Positions 40,616 through 50,699 of a stretch of DNA of 64,000 nt are shown piece by piece. The position numbers and the translations under genes were made by a program. The notes beneath the pieces were generated by a model, which saw nothing but the letters and a program-made list of their open reading frames with translations, had not been told where the DNA came from and did not search any database. The stretch comes from Patescibacteria group bacterium. GTDB lineage: Bacteria; Patescibacteriota; Microgenomatia; Curtissbacterales; GWA2-41-24. Where the stretch lies: positions 8,485-72,484 of the forward strand of contig JBBTUN010000006.1 in the NCBI GenBank assembly GCA_038063735.1, written 5' to 3'. Each line of letters opens with the position of its first letter. Positions within the stretch are counted from its first letter, which is position 1.

Positions 40616-40787
40616 ATTAAAGAAGAATGATATAATAATTAACGCGTTCCATCAAGCTTTTATCATGCCGCGGTGCTGGAAAGAAAGTTTTGGCTCTGCC
40701 AAAAGTGATAGACAGTTACAAATCCTTTTTAATGCTTTGCATTAAAAACATGAGCAAAGAAAACTAAAACGTATAAAAAAACATAAT

Positions 40788-40871
40788 GGCGCGGTGGCGG
40801 AACTGGCAGACGCGTAAGTCTCAAAAACTTATGATCGCAAGATCATGTGGGTTCGACTCCCACCCGCGCCA
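40788..40871 (+). tRNA. tRNA-Leu, anticodon CAA.
   Basis: Manual cloverleaf: acceptor GGCGCGG/CCGCGCC, anticodon stem UAAGU/ACUUA with loop CUCAAAA, long variable arm UGAUC/GAUCA, and T-arm GUGGG-UUCGACU-CCCAC. CCA is not encoded. The supplied ORF 40786..41016 is therefore not a CDS. Confidence 0.85.
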
Positions 40872-40892
40872 CTTAAATACCGTGAGGGCTTA

Positions 40893-40961
40893 CCCCGTAA
40901 ATTTGCGCCTCGAGCCGTATTCGAGGAAAATTGAAAAGGCGAAAGGCAAAAATCAGCGGGG
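40893..40961 (+). repeat. Copy B of the conserved ~70-nt structured element, followed (40957..40982) by a degenerate duplicate of the tRNA-Leu T-arm and acceptor 3' end.
   Basis: Core ccccgtaaatttgcgcctcgagccgtattcgagg aaaattgaaaaggcgaaaggcaaaaatcagcgggg. The following gcggggttcgattc(tct)cccgtggca mimics the tRNA 3' end gtgggttcgactcccacccgcgcca. Confidence 0.6.
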
Positions 40962-41027
40962 TTCGATTCTCTCCCGTGGCACAACAAAAGAATATCTTAA
41001 AAATTTTAAAGAATGATAGGAAATGAT

Positions 41028-41438
41028 TTAAAGTACAAATCTCGCGCATTCGGCATCCGTTACTGTCAACAATACTCCAGGACCCGAAATCAAGTCGTTT
41101 GCATAAACACCCGTATCTGCAACCTGGCAACCAACAACAAGCATATTTAAAACAGAACTTGCGCTATGCTCTGTCAAGTGGTGTCCCTTTCGCAATTCTA
41201 CAACATCATCATCGCAAAGCAGATCATAACTATTATCTGCACCACTTTTCCTAGCGGTTAAAACAATTCGCTTTCTCTCGTTAAGCTTCTCTATGACACC
41301 ATAACCGGCATCAATGATCAAATCCAAATCACGCAGCCAAGGCTTTTCCCTGATATTAATCATTCTCCGCGCCAAAACACCTTCTGGAACACTTAATTCT
41401 GGCAGCGTTCGCGCTCCGTTCTCTCGTTCGTCAGTCAT
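41028..41438 (-). CDS. dUTPase / dCTP-deaminase superfamily protein (putative).
   Basis: 136 aa. TARKSGADNSYDL resembles dUTPase motif 2/3 (PRSGL...D). It overlaps the dnaB stop by one nt. Confidence 0.45.
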   Translation of the reverse strand: MTDERENGARTLPELSVPEGVLARRMINIREKPWLRDLDLIIDAGYGVIEKLNERKRIVLTARKSGADNSYDLLCDDDVVELRKGHHLTEHSASSVLNMLVVGCQVADTGVYANDLISGPGVLLTVTDAECARFVL

Positions 41439-42817
41439 TATTCAATTAGTGAGGCAACTCTTGGGGCATCTTCGCGTTTGATTGCTGGTTTCTCTTTGGG
41501 CATTCTTTGTTTTTCCAAGCCATAAAACTTTACCCGCTCTGCTTTAAAGATCATATCAATTTCCCCCGTCGGTCCGTTTCGGTGTTTTTGAATATCCAAT
41601 TTTACATTTTCCCCATTTTCCTGGTCCGGCCTCCAGATAAACATTACAACGTCTGCATCCTGCTCAATAGCACCGCTTTCGCGGAGATCCGCAAGCTGCG
41701 GTTTTCTACTCCCCCGCTGCTCGACGGCACGGGAAAGCTGAGAGCAAGCAAGCACCGGAATTTTAAGTTCACGGGCTAAATTTTTTAGACTTTGTGATAT
41801 CTCACTTACCTCCTGCACCCTGTTTTCCAAATTCCGTCCATGTACAAGCTGTAAATAGTCAACAATCAGCAAAGACAGACCGTGTTCTGCCTGCAGGCGC
41901 CTAGCCTTTGTTCTCATTTCCATTATATTAATTGCCGGCGTATCATCAATAAAAAGTGGTGCGTCAGCCAAAACCCCCATTGCTTCCTGCAAACGGTCAA
42001 AATCATTATCATCAAGCTTGCCGGTTTTCAATTTCCAGGCGTCGACTTCACTTTGAGCAACCAACAATCTGTCTACAAGTTCCTCTTTGCTCATCTCCAG
42101 GGAAAACATGCCCACAGGCAAACCCTCTTTTACGGCAACGTGTGCAGCAATATTTAAGGTCAAACTTGTTTTTCCCTGACCGGGGCGGGATGCTAAAATT
42201 ATTAAGTTAGAATCCTGCATCCCTGCGAGCTTTCCGTCCAAATCCCAAAAACCGGTAGGAACCCCTCGTAAACCACCCGCTTTATGATGAAGTTCGTCAA
42301 GTCTGTCAAAACTCTCCGCTAGAGCATCTTTAAGAGTTATGAAGTTTTGCTTTAGTTGTTGCTGGGAAAGTGAAAAGACAGATTGTTCAACTTCATCAAG
42401 AAGCGTTCTGATGTCTCCAGTCTCTTCAAACGCATTTTGCGAGATCTTAATTCCGGTCGCAATTAACTGCCTCTTAACATATAAATCCCGGACTATCTGT
42501 GCATATTGAGTAATGTGCGATGATGTTGGAACTCCCGAAACAAGTTCCGACAGATAGGAAGTCCCACCCACTTTGTCCAGTTTTCCCCGTTTTTTAAGCT
42601 GGGCTGTTAAAGTTATTAAATCAACGGGATCTCGTTTTTCGTATAAATCGTAGATGGCGCCTATTATATCCGCATGCGCCTCTTTGTAAAAATGGTCGGG
42701 ACGAAGAAATTGGGCAACTGCCACAACAGAATCACTGTCCAGTAGAATTGCACCAATTATTGATTTTTCTGCAACAAGATCTTGGGGAGGGACACGCCCT
42801 TCATTTACTTTTGGCAT
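41438..42817 (-). CDS. dnaB: Replicative DNA helicase DnaB.
   Basis: 459 aa. N-terminal DnaB domain (PPQDLVAEKSIIGAILLD), Walker A GQGKTSL and an RecA-like C-terminus. No intein. Confidence 0.9.
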   Translation of the reverse strand: MPKVNEGRVPPQDLVAEKSIIGAILLDSDSVVAVAQFLRPDHFYKEAHADIIGAIYDLYEKRDPVDLITLTAQLKKRGKLDKVGGTSYLSELVSGVPTSSHITQYAQIVRDLYVKRQLIATGIKISQNAFEETGDIRTLLDEVEQSVFSLSQQQLKQNFITLKDALAESFDRLDELHHKAGGLRGVPTGFWDLDGKLAGMQDSNLIILASRPGQGKTSLTLNIAAHVAVKEGLPVGMFSLEMSKEELVDRLLVAQSEVDAWKLKTGKLDDNDFDRLQEAMGVLADAPLFIDDTPAINIMEMRTKARRLQAEHGLSLLIVDYLQLVHGRNLENRVQEVSEISQSLKNLARELKIPVLACSQLSRAVEQRGSRKPQLADLRESGAIEQDADVVMFIWRPDQENGENVKLDIQKHRNGPTGEIDMIFKAERVKFYGLEKQRMPKEKPAIKREDAPRVASLIE

Positions 42818-42838
42818 ATATATTTCTGCAGGCTGTTT

Positions 42839-43498
42839 TTACTGGTTCTGCTCAAATACAACAATTTCCAGCTCTTGTGGTATCCGATCATTTGAAACCG
42901 ACAACTTAGTAACTGTTTCAACTTTTTCTTTACCCATTGCCCTCAAGAAGTCATCAACCGGTGCCAACTCGAACTTTAAATTCTTAGTTTTGTAATGCAT
43001 CGGCACAACAATTTTTGGCTCAAGTTGTGCAATAATATCCGGCGCATCTTTAGCCTCTATTGTATAAACACCACCCACCGGAACCATAAGCACATCACAG
43101 CCGGAAAGCGCCTCAACCTGATTTTGGGTCAACTGTTTTTGTCCTAAATCTCCCAAATGAACGATATTAACGTCGTCTATTAAAATTTGATATATCGTGT
43201 TTTTCCCTCGTTCCTCACCATTTTTATTGTCATGGAAACTGTTTACACCAACTATATTCACCCCAGAAATTTCGTACTCTCCCGGCCCGGAAATCACAAA
43301 TGGTTGTACGTCTCCTGTTGCTTTAACACCTTGAGGATAATTATGGTCTTCGTGTGCGTGGGTAATACAAACCACATCAGCATCAAGCTTTGCCAGACCA
43401 AGACCGGTAAACTGGGGGCTATATGGGTCGATAACGAGGCTGGCGCCTTTACCTTTTATTTTAAAACATGCTTGTCCGTACCACCAAATATCTACCAT
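42839..43498 (-). CDS. MBL-fold metallo-hydrolase.
   Basis: ITHAHEDH metal-binding motif. 219 aa. Confidence 0.8.
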   Translation of the reverse strand: MVDIWWYGQACFKIKGKGASLVIDPYSPQFTGLGLAKLDADVVCITHAHEDHNYPQGVKATGDVQPFVISGPGEYEISGVNIVGVNSFHDNKNGEERGKNTIYQILIDDVNIVHLGDLGQKQLTQNQVEALSGCDVLMVPVGGVYTIEAKDAPDIIAQLEPKIVVPMHYKTKNLKFELAPVDDFLRAMGKEKVETVTKLSVSNDRIPQELEIVVFEQNQ

Positions 43499-43622
43499 AG
43501 ATTTAAAGAGCGCCAGTTATCATAACACAACTAAACCAGCGTCCGTCAATCCCAAATTCTGCCCCAGATGTCAATTGTAAACAAGGCGAAAAAATGATAT
43601 CGTTAAGAACTAGTTAACCCTA

Positions 43623-44555
43623 ATGCGCACTGTAATAAATCTTCTAATCACAGCAGCAATTATCCTAGCAACCGGTGCATTAATTTTCTGGCTTTGGCAA
43701 AGACAGCCAAAAGGTGTCGAACAAAAGCAGGAAAATAAGCCCCAAATAACCTTAGAAAATCCAAAAGAAGATAAAACCACAACTACTCTTTTAACATCTC
43801 CAAAAGATAATGATGTAGTCCTGGAAAATGTTGTTAAGTTTACAGGTAAGTCAAGCCAGGGAGACAAGATACTTATAATCTCCGATAGCACAACCGATGT
43901 TGCAGCAACTAACTCGGATGGCTCATTTTCACTGGAAGAAAAATTGTCAGACGGCTTAAACCTCATCAAAATAGTTGCGTTGGACAAAGACTTAAAAGAA
44001 ACAAAAAACCAAATCGTCAGCTTCTACTATCAAAAGGATACAAAGGTAAAAAACACTAAAGTTATAGCGGGTACTGTAAGTAAAATATTTGATAATTTAA
44101 TAACAGTAAGCGCTACAAGCGGCGACCAAAATGTGCGCACAAACACCCAAACAGTTAAATCTGCCCCAAAGCCTGCGGCCACCAAGTCTCCCACCCCACC
44201 ACCAAAATCCGGTAGCATGGATATCAGAGTCGGAGATTATGTGGTAGCCCTCGGTAATCCATCTTCAGCTAACGAACTCATAGCTTCGTCGGTCGAAATA
44301 ATTCGCGACAATAAGCCACAAATTACAACAAAATATGTAGCTATTACAGTTTCAAGTGTTGTAAAAAGCAAGATCTTCTCGGGTAACAATATCCAGGATA
44401 CAAAACTTGTTGAGTTTAAATTAGGTAAAACCAATATAATAGATACCGATAAAAAAGCGGACGAAAAGGCAATTGTCAAAAACAAAAAGGCTATAATTTT
44501 CTACACGACCCAAAACAACGAAAACATAGTTTCGCTTGTCTACATACTCCCCTAG
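43623..44555 (+). CDS. Membrane-anchored extracytoplasmic protein, hypothetical.
   Basis: 310 aa with an N-terminal TM and a T/S/K-rich exported region. The antisense ORF 43610..43987 was rejected. Confidence 0.45.
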   Translation: MRTVINLLITAAIILATGALIFWLWQRQPKGVEQKQENKPQITLENPKEDKTTTTLLTSPKDNDVVLENVVKFTGKSSQGDKILIISDSTTDVAATNSDGSFSLEEKLSDGLNLIKIVALDKDLKETKNQIVSFYYQKDTKVKNTKVIAGTVSKIFDNLITVSATSGDQNVRTNTQTVKSAPKPAATKSPTPPPKSGSMDIRVGDYVVALGNPSSANELIASSVEIIRDNKPQITTKYVAITVSSVVKSKIFSGNNIQDTKLVEFKLGKTNIIDTDKKADEKAIVKNKKAIIFYTTQNNENIVSLVYILP

Positions 44556-44571
44556 CCTGTATTATTAAGTT

Positions 44572-45492
44572 ATGCAGCAAGCACCGCCAACACCAAAAGG
44601 TTTCCGGGACATTCAACCCCCATACGCAAAAAAACGCCGGGAAATCATAAATATCATTGCACCAGTTTTGGAAGAAAACGGCTTTGTCCTACTGGAAACC
44701 CCAACTTTGGAATTTGCTTCTACCTTAACAGGCAAATACGGCGAGGAAGAAAAGCTGATTTATAAATTCAAAGACAGAGGAGATCGCGAACTCGCCCTTC
44801 GTTACGACTTGACTGTTCCTTTGGCCAGGTTTATTGCAAATAATCAAAACTTGCTCAAACCAACCTTCTCCAGATACCAAATTGGTCAGGTGTTTCGGGG
44901 CGAAAACCCCCAACACGGCAGATACCGCGAATTCACCCAATTCGACTTCGATACTGTCGGACCAAGTGGAGTCGAAGAAGATGCCAAAATAATTGCTTGC
45001 GCAATTGAATCAATAAGACCCCTCGGGCTCAAAAACGCAATAATGACCATTAATGACAGAGAAACTTTATCAATTTTTGTTGTCAACGAAATACGAATTA
45101 TCGACAAGCTGTACAAGGTTGGGATTGACGGTGTTGAGAAAGAGTTAGAAGAAAAACAAGTATCAAAAGAAAAAATTCAAAAAATCAAAAACTTCGTAAA
45201 AAACAAACCTAATCCCCCCGAAAAACTACAAAAAATCTTTGATGCTCTTAACAATAAATTCGGTCTAAAAGAAGACGCTGACTATTCCTTCGATCACACC
45301 TTAGCTCGCGGACTTGATTATTACACTGGTTCAATCTTTGAACTCAAACCAGATAATAATCCTACTTCACTGTCTATAGGCGCTGGCGGCAGATATGATA
45401 ATCTGGTTGGCATGTTTGCCGGAAAAGATATTCCCGCCGTTGGTTTCTCTTTTGGACTTGATCGTATTGTCGACTCACTACTCAATGACTAG
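44572..45492 (+). CDS. Class II aaRS-like protein of the HisRS/HisZ type (catalytic core only, no anticodon-binding domain).
   Basis: GFRDIQPPYAKKRREI, LRYDLTVPLARF and GGRYDNL resemble HisRS motifs 1-3 and the HisZ core. At 306 aa it ends right after motif 3. Confidence 0.6.
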   Translation: MQQAPPTPKGFRDIQPPYAKKRREIINIIAPVLEENGFVLLETPTLEFASTLTGKYGEEEKLIYKFKDRGDRELALRYDLTVPLARFIANNQNLLKPTFSRYQIGQVFRGENPQHGRYREFTQFDFDTVGPSGVEEDAKIIACAIESIRPLGLKNAIMTINDRETLSIFVVNEIRIIDKLYKVGIDGVEKELEEKQVSKEKIQKIKNFVKNKPNPPEKLQKIFDALNNKFGLKEDADYSFDHTLARGLDYYTGSIFELKPDNNPTSLSIGAGGRYDNLVGMFAGKDIPAVGFSFGLDRIVDSLLND

Positions 45493-46390
45493 AATCAACC
45501 CTGCTTTTCTCTATCTGATAATCGCCGCAATTCTCTGGGGTGCCGTCGTACCAATAATGAAAATAACTCTAGAAGAAATTCCCATTTTTTCCCTAATATT
45601 TTTACGTATGGGCTTTGCATCTATTCTTCTTTTTCCTCTAGTTTATAAAAAATTAAGAATAGAAAAAACAGACTGGAAAAATACTTTTCTTGCCTCATTT
45701 TTTGGAACTAACTTAAACCTCGCATTTTTCTTTTTTGGACTGGAGCATACGCAGGCCATCAACGCATCCGTAATCCTTGCAACCGCTCCCGTTTTTACAC
45801 TGGCCATCGCCCACTACATTCTAAAGGAAAAGTTTTCAACTAAACTTGTTTTAGGATCCCTACTCTCATTGGTTGGTACCGTAATTATCGTAGGCATTCC
45901 GGCATTTCATCTTAGTTTGTTGTCAACGCTTGGCAACATATCTTTAGTCGCTTCTTCCCTTGCTTGGGTTGGCCACGAAATTTACGCCAAAAAAATCCTT
46001 AAAAAATACGATCCTCTTGTGGTCTCTTTTTACACTATGGCAATAGGCGCAGTTGTCTTCTCACCCATTGCAACGTCAGAACTTTTTACAAACTCCCTCT
46101 GGTTCACACATGTAAGCATAAGCGGCTTTTTGGGCCTTTTGTACGGAATAATATTCGCGTCCTTCATTTCTTACACCCTGTGGCAAAAAGGTTTGGCAGT
46201 GCTTCCCGCCGGAGAGGCTTCATTTGTCTTTTACCTCCTACCGCTATTTGGAATAATTTTCTCAATCATTCTCCTCCACGAAAAATTCAATCCAATCTTA
46301 ATAGTTGGTTCTCTTATAATCGTAGCCGGCATAATCCTAGCCGAATTTCACCGCAAAACTCATCCACTACCCAAACACCTTCAGGGCTAA
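45485..46390 (+). CDS. EamA/DMT-family transporter.
   Basis: Ten TM in two EamA halves. The start is set at ATG 45485 (MTRINPAF), overlapping the previous stop. Confidence 0.75.
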   Translation: MTRINPAFLYLIIAAILWGAVVPIMKITLEEIPIFSLIFLRMGFASILLFPLVYKKLRIEKTDWKNTFLASFFGTNLNLAFFFFGLEHTQAINASVILATAPVFTLAIAHYILKEKFSTKLVLGSLLSLVGTVIIVGIPAFHLSLLSTLGNISLVASSLAWVGHEIYAKKILKKYDPLVVSFYTMAIGAVVFSPIATSELFTNSLWFTHVSISGFLGLLYGIIFASFISYTLWQKGLAVLPAGEASFVFYLLPLFGIIFSIILLHEKFNPILIVGSLIIVAGIILAEFHRKTHPLPKHLQG

Positions 46391-46519
46391 TTGCCTAAAA
46401 CCTTCTTTTTTGTTAAAATGACTAGCTATATCAGCAGTTCAACTTGAAGCTTCACTTCAATGTTTTTCTCTGATATTTTCAAATAAATATTTATAAAAAA
46501 TTAAAGAGCAAATTTTAAA

Positions 46520-46831
46520 ATGAAACAAGGCATCCATCCACAATACTTTCAGGACACAAAGGTAACATGTGTTTGTGGTAATACGTTTACAACAGGGGCA
46601 ACCGTCCCGGAAATTCGCGTGGAGATTTGCTACAGCTGCCACCCGTTTTATACCGGCGAAATGAAGTATGTAGACACACTTGGTAACGTAGAAAAGTTCC
46701 AACAAAAGCAGAAAAAAGCCGAAACTCACAAGGAAACTATTGTTAAAAAAGTGCAGGAAAAACAAGAAAGAAAAAGGCCGGAATCCTTAAAAGACATGTT
46801 CGACCTCGTCAAAAAACAAGCCTCTTCGTAG
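46520..46831 (+). CDS. rpmE: Ribosomal protein L31 with a C-terminal extension.
   Basis: [23 protein letters not shown]...[10 protein letters not shown] Zn-ribbon form. Confidence 0.85.
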   Translation: MKQGIHPQYFQDTKVTCVCGNTFTTGATVPEIRVEICYSCHPFYTGEMKYVDTLGNVEKFQQKQKKAETHKETIVKKVQEKQERKRPESLKDMFDLVKKQASS

Positions 46832-46935
46832 CTTCGCTAAATTTTAAAATTCTTAATTTTCAATTTTAATTGAAATCTTAATGTTTAAACATTTAAAATT
46901 AACTAATTGACTTAAAATTAAAAACTTAAAATTAT

Positions 46936-47850
46936 ATGAGTGATTACTTAAAACAACAAATTGCAAATCTGGAAGCAAAAATAGAAGAGGCTAAAAAATT
47001 AGCGTCACTAGATTCTTCTATGGCAGAGCTCGCGCAAGAAGAAATTTCCAAACTGGAAGAAGAGAAGACTTCCCTTGATAAGGCACTATCCGGTGAAAAA
47101 CCGCAAACTACTGATATTTCCGGCAATTCCATAATCCTGGAAATAAGAGCAGCAGCCGGCGGAGACGAGGCAGGTCTTTTTGCTTCCGACCTATACAGAA
47201 TGTATACAAAATATGCAACCAACCAAGGTTGGAAAATCGAAGAACTGGACAAAAACGGGGGGGGTATCGGCAACATCAAGGAAGTCACCGTAAAATTTTC
47301 CGGCAAACATATATACGACAAACTAAAGTGGGAATCCGGCGTCCATCGGGTCCAAAGGGTCCCCGAGACAGAATCCGCCGGACGTATCCACACCTCCACA
47401 GCAACAGTTGCAGTATTACCGGAAGTTGCGCCAACACAGATAGAAATTAATCCGCAGGACATAGATTTCGAAGCATTTCGTGCAGGTGGACACGGCGGTC
47501 AAAATGTTAATAAGGTTTCCACAGCAGTAAGGATTAAACATATTCCAACGGGAATTATCGTCAAAGCCCAAACCGAGAGGTCACAATCTCAAAACAGAGA
47601 AATAGCTATGGAAATCTTGCGCGCCCGCCTGTATCAGCTGGAAGAAGAAAAAAACCAATCGCGAGTTTCAGGAGAGAGATCTATTCAATTAGGAACCGGC
47701 GACAGAAGCGAAAAAATCCGTACTTACAACTTCCCGCAAAATCGTCTTACAGATCACAGAATAAATAAATCGTGGCATAATTTGGAAATGGTTATGGAAG
47801 GAAGATTGGACGATATCCTCGCATCTCTTCACGGGGCCGCAAACACCTAA
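46936..47850 (+). CDS. prfA: Peptide chain release factor 1 (short N-terminus).
   Basis: Tripeptide anticodon region [17 protein letters not shown] (PxT type) and GGQ in [12 protein letters not shown]. Confidence 0.85.
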   Translation: MSDYLKQQIANLEAKIEEAKKLASLDSSMAELAQEEISKLEEEKTSLDKALSGEKPQTTDISGNSIILEIRAAAGGDEAGLFASDLYRMYTKYATNQGWKIEELDKNGGGIGNIKEVTVKFSGKHIYDKLKWESGVHRVQRVPETESAGRIHTSTATVAVLPEVAPTQIEINPQDIDFEAFRAGGHGGQNVNKVSTAVRIKHIPTGIIVKAQTERSQSQNREIAMEILRARLYQLEEEKNQSRVSGERSIQLGTGDRSEKIRTYNFPQNRLTDHRINKSWHNLEMVMEGRLDDILASLHGAANT

Positions 47851-47864
47851 ACCCTAAAATAATC

Positions 47865-49022
47865 CTACTGGTTCGGTGCCTCGCCCAAGTTCAAGGTCAA
47901 ATCCAGTGTCCTCTCATCACGAAACACCCTAACCCCCACACTGTCGTCCACTTTTTTAGATCTTATTATGGCAGTTAGCGTATTATCATCCTCAAGTTTT
48001 TTGCCATCGAATTCGACGATTATGTCGCTAACCTTAATGCCCGCCTTTTCCGCAGCGCTACCGCCAACAACTTCCCGCACCAATTCCCCCTGCGGTACAT
48101 TGTTAAGAAGAGCAACATCGCGGGATATATGAGTGTACCTTACACCTAAAAATGGCCTGGAAATTTTCCCACCGCTATTTTGAAAATCGCCTAACAACTG
48201 TTTGGCAACGTTAATTTTAAGCGCAAATCCGATATTTTCGGCAGACGCAACAGCAGTATCGATACCAATTACCTGCCCGGAAGTGTTAACCAACGGGCCA
48301 CCAGAATTTCCCGGGTTAATAGCCGCATCGGTTTGAATAAGATCATCTAGTTTCTCCGCAGCACCGGTTGATGGGTCAAGCGGCGAAACCCCTCGCGACA
48401 GACCGGAAACAACACCTGTTGTTACAGTATTTTCAAACCTGCCAAGCGCGTTACCAATTGCAATCACTTTTTGACCCACCTTTAGATGATCGGAATCTCC
48501 AAGTTCAACCGGCACTAAATCGCCAGCATCAACCTTAACGATTGCCAAGTCATTAAACGGATCACGGTTAATTTCTTTTATCTGGTACTTTTTCTCCGTC
48601 CCGTCATTGGCCTTTATTATTGCAATATATTTCTGACCCTCCTGGGAAACAACGTGTTTGTTCGTCATTATTAGGCCATCCTTAGAAATGACGAATCCTG
48701 TACCAATGCCGGCATCCTGCCCTTTTTGGGCAATACCAAATAAGTTAATTGATTGCTGATTTTCAACCGCAATAGAAACAACAGAAGGAGAAACTTTGGC
48801 AACAACATCAATTACCACCGATTCTTCATCAACTACGCGCTGATTTTCTAAGGTTTTTGTAACAGAAGATAAACTCGGGGCAATTTTTCCGGAATATTTA
48901 AGTACCACAAACAAGCTCAAAAACCAAAGGGCGGCAATAATTAAAACTAAGGGAATAATACCGACAGAAAACCACCTAAATTTATTTTTTATGTTTGGTA
49001 AACCAGTCATATCTGCTTGCAA
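47865..49022 (-). CDS. HtrA/DegP-family serine protease with a PDZ domain.
   Basis: N-terminal TM, GTGFVISKDGLIMTNKHVV (His), GNSGGPL (Ser) and a C-terminal PDZ. Confidence 0.85.
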   Translation of the reverse strand: MQADMTGLPNIKNKFRWFSVGIIPLVLIIAALWFLSLFVVLKYSGKIAPSLSSVTKTLENQRVVDEESVVIDVVAKVSPSVVSIAVENQQSINLFGIAQKGQDAGIGTGFVISKDGLIMTNKHVVSQEGQKYIAIIKANDGTEKKYQIKEINRDPFNDLAIVKVDAGDLVPVELGDSDHLKVGQKVIAIGNALGRFENTVTTGVVSGLSRGVSPLDPSTGAAEKLDDLIQTDAAINPGNSGGPLVNTSGQVIGIDTAVASAENIGFALKINVAKQLLGDFQNSGGKISRPFLGVRYTHISRDVALLNNVPQGELVREVVGGSAAEKAGIKVSDIIVEFDGKKLEDDNTLTAIIRSKKVDDSVGVRVFRDERTLDLTLNLGEAPNQ

Positions 49023-49080
49023 TTATACACTCTAATTTAAAGATTTTAGCTGAAAAACTACTGAAGATAACAACAAGTTT

Positions 49081-50403
49081 TTAAATAATCTCCAGCGCCT
49101 TCTCAAGCTGTGAATCCTTATTCTGTTCCTTTTCGTTATCAGCCCGCTCCACAATAATATCCGGTGTTATCCCAACGTGATGAATCGAATTACCTTTCGG
49201 GGTGAGCCACCTGGCAATTGTAATATGAAGACCCGATCCGCCAGGTAATTCAATAACATCCTGAACTGTACCCTTACCAAAAGTCTTTTCTCCTACTAAT
49301 TTTGCCCGCTTATTATCCTGCATTGCCCCGGAAAATATTTCGGCAGCAGATGCTGACCCGCCGTTAACCAAAACAACCATTGGCATCTTTAAAAGTCTGC
49401 CAGCGTGATCTGCAGGCAATGAATTTTTAGAACCGTCAGAAAATTCTTGCTGAACAACTGTGCCCCTTATAAATTCCCCTGCCAAGTGTAAAGACGACGA
49501 CAGCAAACCCCCTGGATTATTTCTCATATCAACTATTACTCCACTTACACCTCTAGTTAGAACTTCACCTACCGCTTTGTCCCACTCTTCATCAGTTTTC
49601 TCACCAAACCTGGACACTTCAATTACGGCAACCTGTTTTCCCTTATTTTCTTTATTCGCAGAAAAGCTCTGCCTATAATCCACATTCACCGTTTTAACAT
49701 CTATTTTTGCCCGTGTTAATGTTTTGTCATAAGGCTTGTCAGCTCCTTCTCTCAAAAATTGCATTTTTATATTGGTTCCGGCCTGCCCTCGGATCAAGTC
49801 AACCGCCTCTGGCAACGTCATATCAAATGTGTCTTTGTCATCAATTTTAAGTATTAAATCTTTCGCCTGTATTCCTTCTTTTTCTGCTGGTGTTCCCCGA
49901 AGCGGCGCAATAACTGCAAGCCTCTTATCTTTGTCAAAACCAAGCTGAATACCAATTCCCTCATAGCTTCCTGCAATTTCACTTCTAATCGATTCGTTTT
50001 GCTTAGGGTCCAAAAACGCGGTATACGGGTCACCTAAGGACCTAACCATTCCGGAAATTGCACCATAAAGCATCTTCTGTCCATCTACAGAATCTTTGTC
50101 TAGGTACTTCTTTGGTAAGGTGTCAAAAACATTCCAGAAAAGAGAGAAATCAACATTTTGATTTTTAGAAAGCTGGTTAGTAACTGTAATATTAGGTATT
50201 ACCGAACCGCGCTGGACAGAAATCTTTTTCTGGCCAACCACAAAGCCAATACCGAAAAACAGTACGGCAACAATCAAAAACTGAGCTATGAAATTAATAA
50301 GTGGTGAAGTTTTTGGTGTATTTACAACAGGTGGTTCCTCTTCACTTCTGTCTATCTGTACCTCTTGTACTTCTTCTTTGGATGCAGGCTCGTGTTTTGG
50401 CAT
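49081..50403 (-). CDS. C-terminal processing peptidase, S41 family (CtpA-like).
   Basis: PDZ plus GGSASAAEIFSGAMQD (Ser-Lys dyad region), with an N-terminal TM. Confidence 0.85.
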   Translation of the reverse strand: MPKHEPASKEEVQEVQIDRSEEEPPVVNTPKTSPLINFIAQFLIVAVLFFGIGFVVGQKKISVQRGSVIPNITVTNQLSKNQNVDFSLFWNVFDTLPKKYLDKDSVDGQKMLYGAISGMVRSLGDPYTAFLDPKQNESIRSEIAGSYEGIGIQLGFDKDKRLAVIAPLRGTPAEKEGIQAKDLILKIDDKDTFDMTLPEAVDLIRGQAGTNIKMQFLREGADKPYDKTLTRAKIDVKTVNVDYRQSFSANKENKGKQVAVIEVSRFGEKTDEEWDKAVGEVLTRGVSGVIVDMRNNPGGLLSSSLHLAGEFIRGTVVQQEFSDGSKNSLPADHAGRLLKMPMVVLVNGGSASAAEIFSGAMQDNKRAKLVGEKTFGKGTVQDVIELPGGSGLHITIARWLTPKGNSIHHVGITPDIIVERADNEKEQNKDSQLEKALEII

Positions 50404-50409
50404 AAGATA

Positions 50410-50637
50410 CTAGTTCGCAACAAAGGACATAAGAGCAACGTATCTTGCCCTTTTAACGCTTTTTGTCAGTTGCCTTTGGTGTGTAGCGCAAACTCCTGTT
50501 CTCGCTCTTCCCATTATTTTGCCGCGCTCCGAAACGTGTTTTTTTAGCGTTGCTACATCCTTGTAATCTACAACCGTGTCTGTCACGCATAACGGACATC
50601 TTTTAGCCCTTTGTAATCTTTTAATAAACTTAGGCAT
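50410..50637 (-). CDS. rpsR: Ribosomal protein S18.
   Basis: 75 aa. CPLCV...[19 protein letters not shown]. Confidence 0.9.
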   Translation of the reverse strand: MPKFIKRLQRAKRCPLCVTDTVVDYKDVATLKKHVSERGKIMGRARTGVCATHQRQLTKSVKRARYVALMSFVAN

Positions 50638-50699
50638 ATTATTCTTTAATTATCATTTCCCTTTGATACCTCTGATACTTTTGACTCGTTTGACGCCTT

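Noticed and set aside
40893-40986. Possibility that the post-tRNA segment is a second tRNA, or that the pair forms tmRNA.
   Set aside because: Only a T-arm-like stem-loop is present. No acceptor or anticodon arms can be drawn, and no tag-peptide reading frame or tmRNA pseudoknot signatures are seen.
40786-41016. Supplied 76-aa ORF on the plus strand.
   Set aside because: It spans a cleanly folding tRNA-Leu(CAA) plus the repeat element. Its apparent similarity to ORF 12241..12531 comes from the shared nucleotide repeat, not from a protein family.
41438-42817. Intein or mobile insertion in dnaB.
   Set aside because: The length (459 aa) and continuous motif spacing are those of an uninterrupted DnaB.
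43610-43987. 125-aa minus-strand ORF.
   Set aside because: It is antisense to the longer 310-aa exported protein (43623..44555). The same rejection applies to the long antisense ORFs 51214..52041, 46944..47462, 13758..14348 and 15069..15557, which sit inside well-supported genes (rpsF/ychF, prfA, gyrA).
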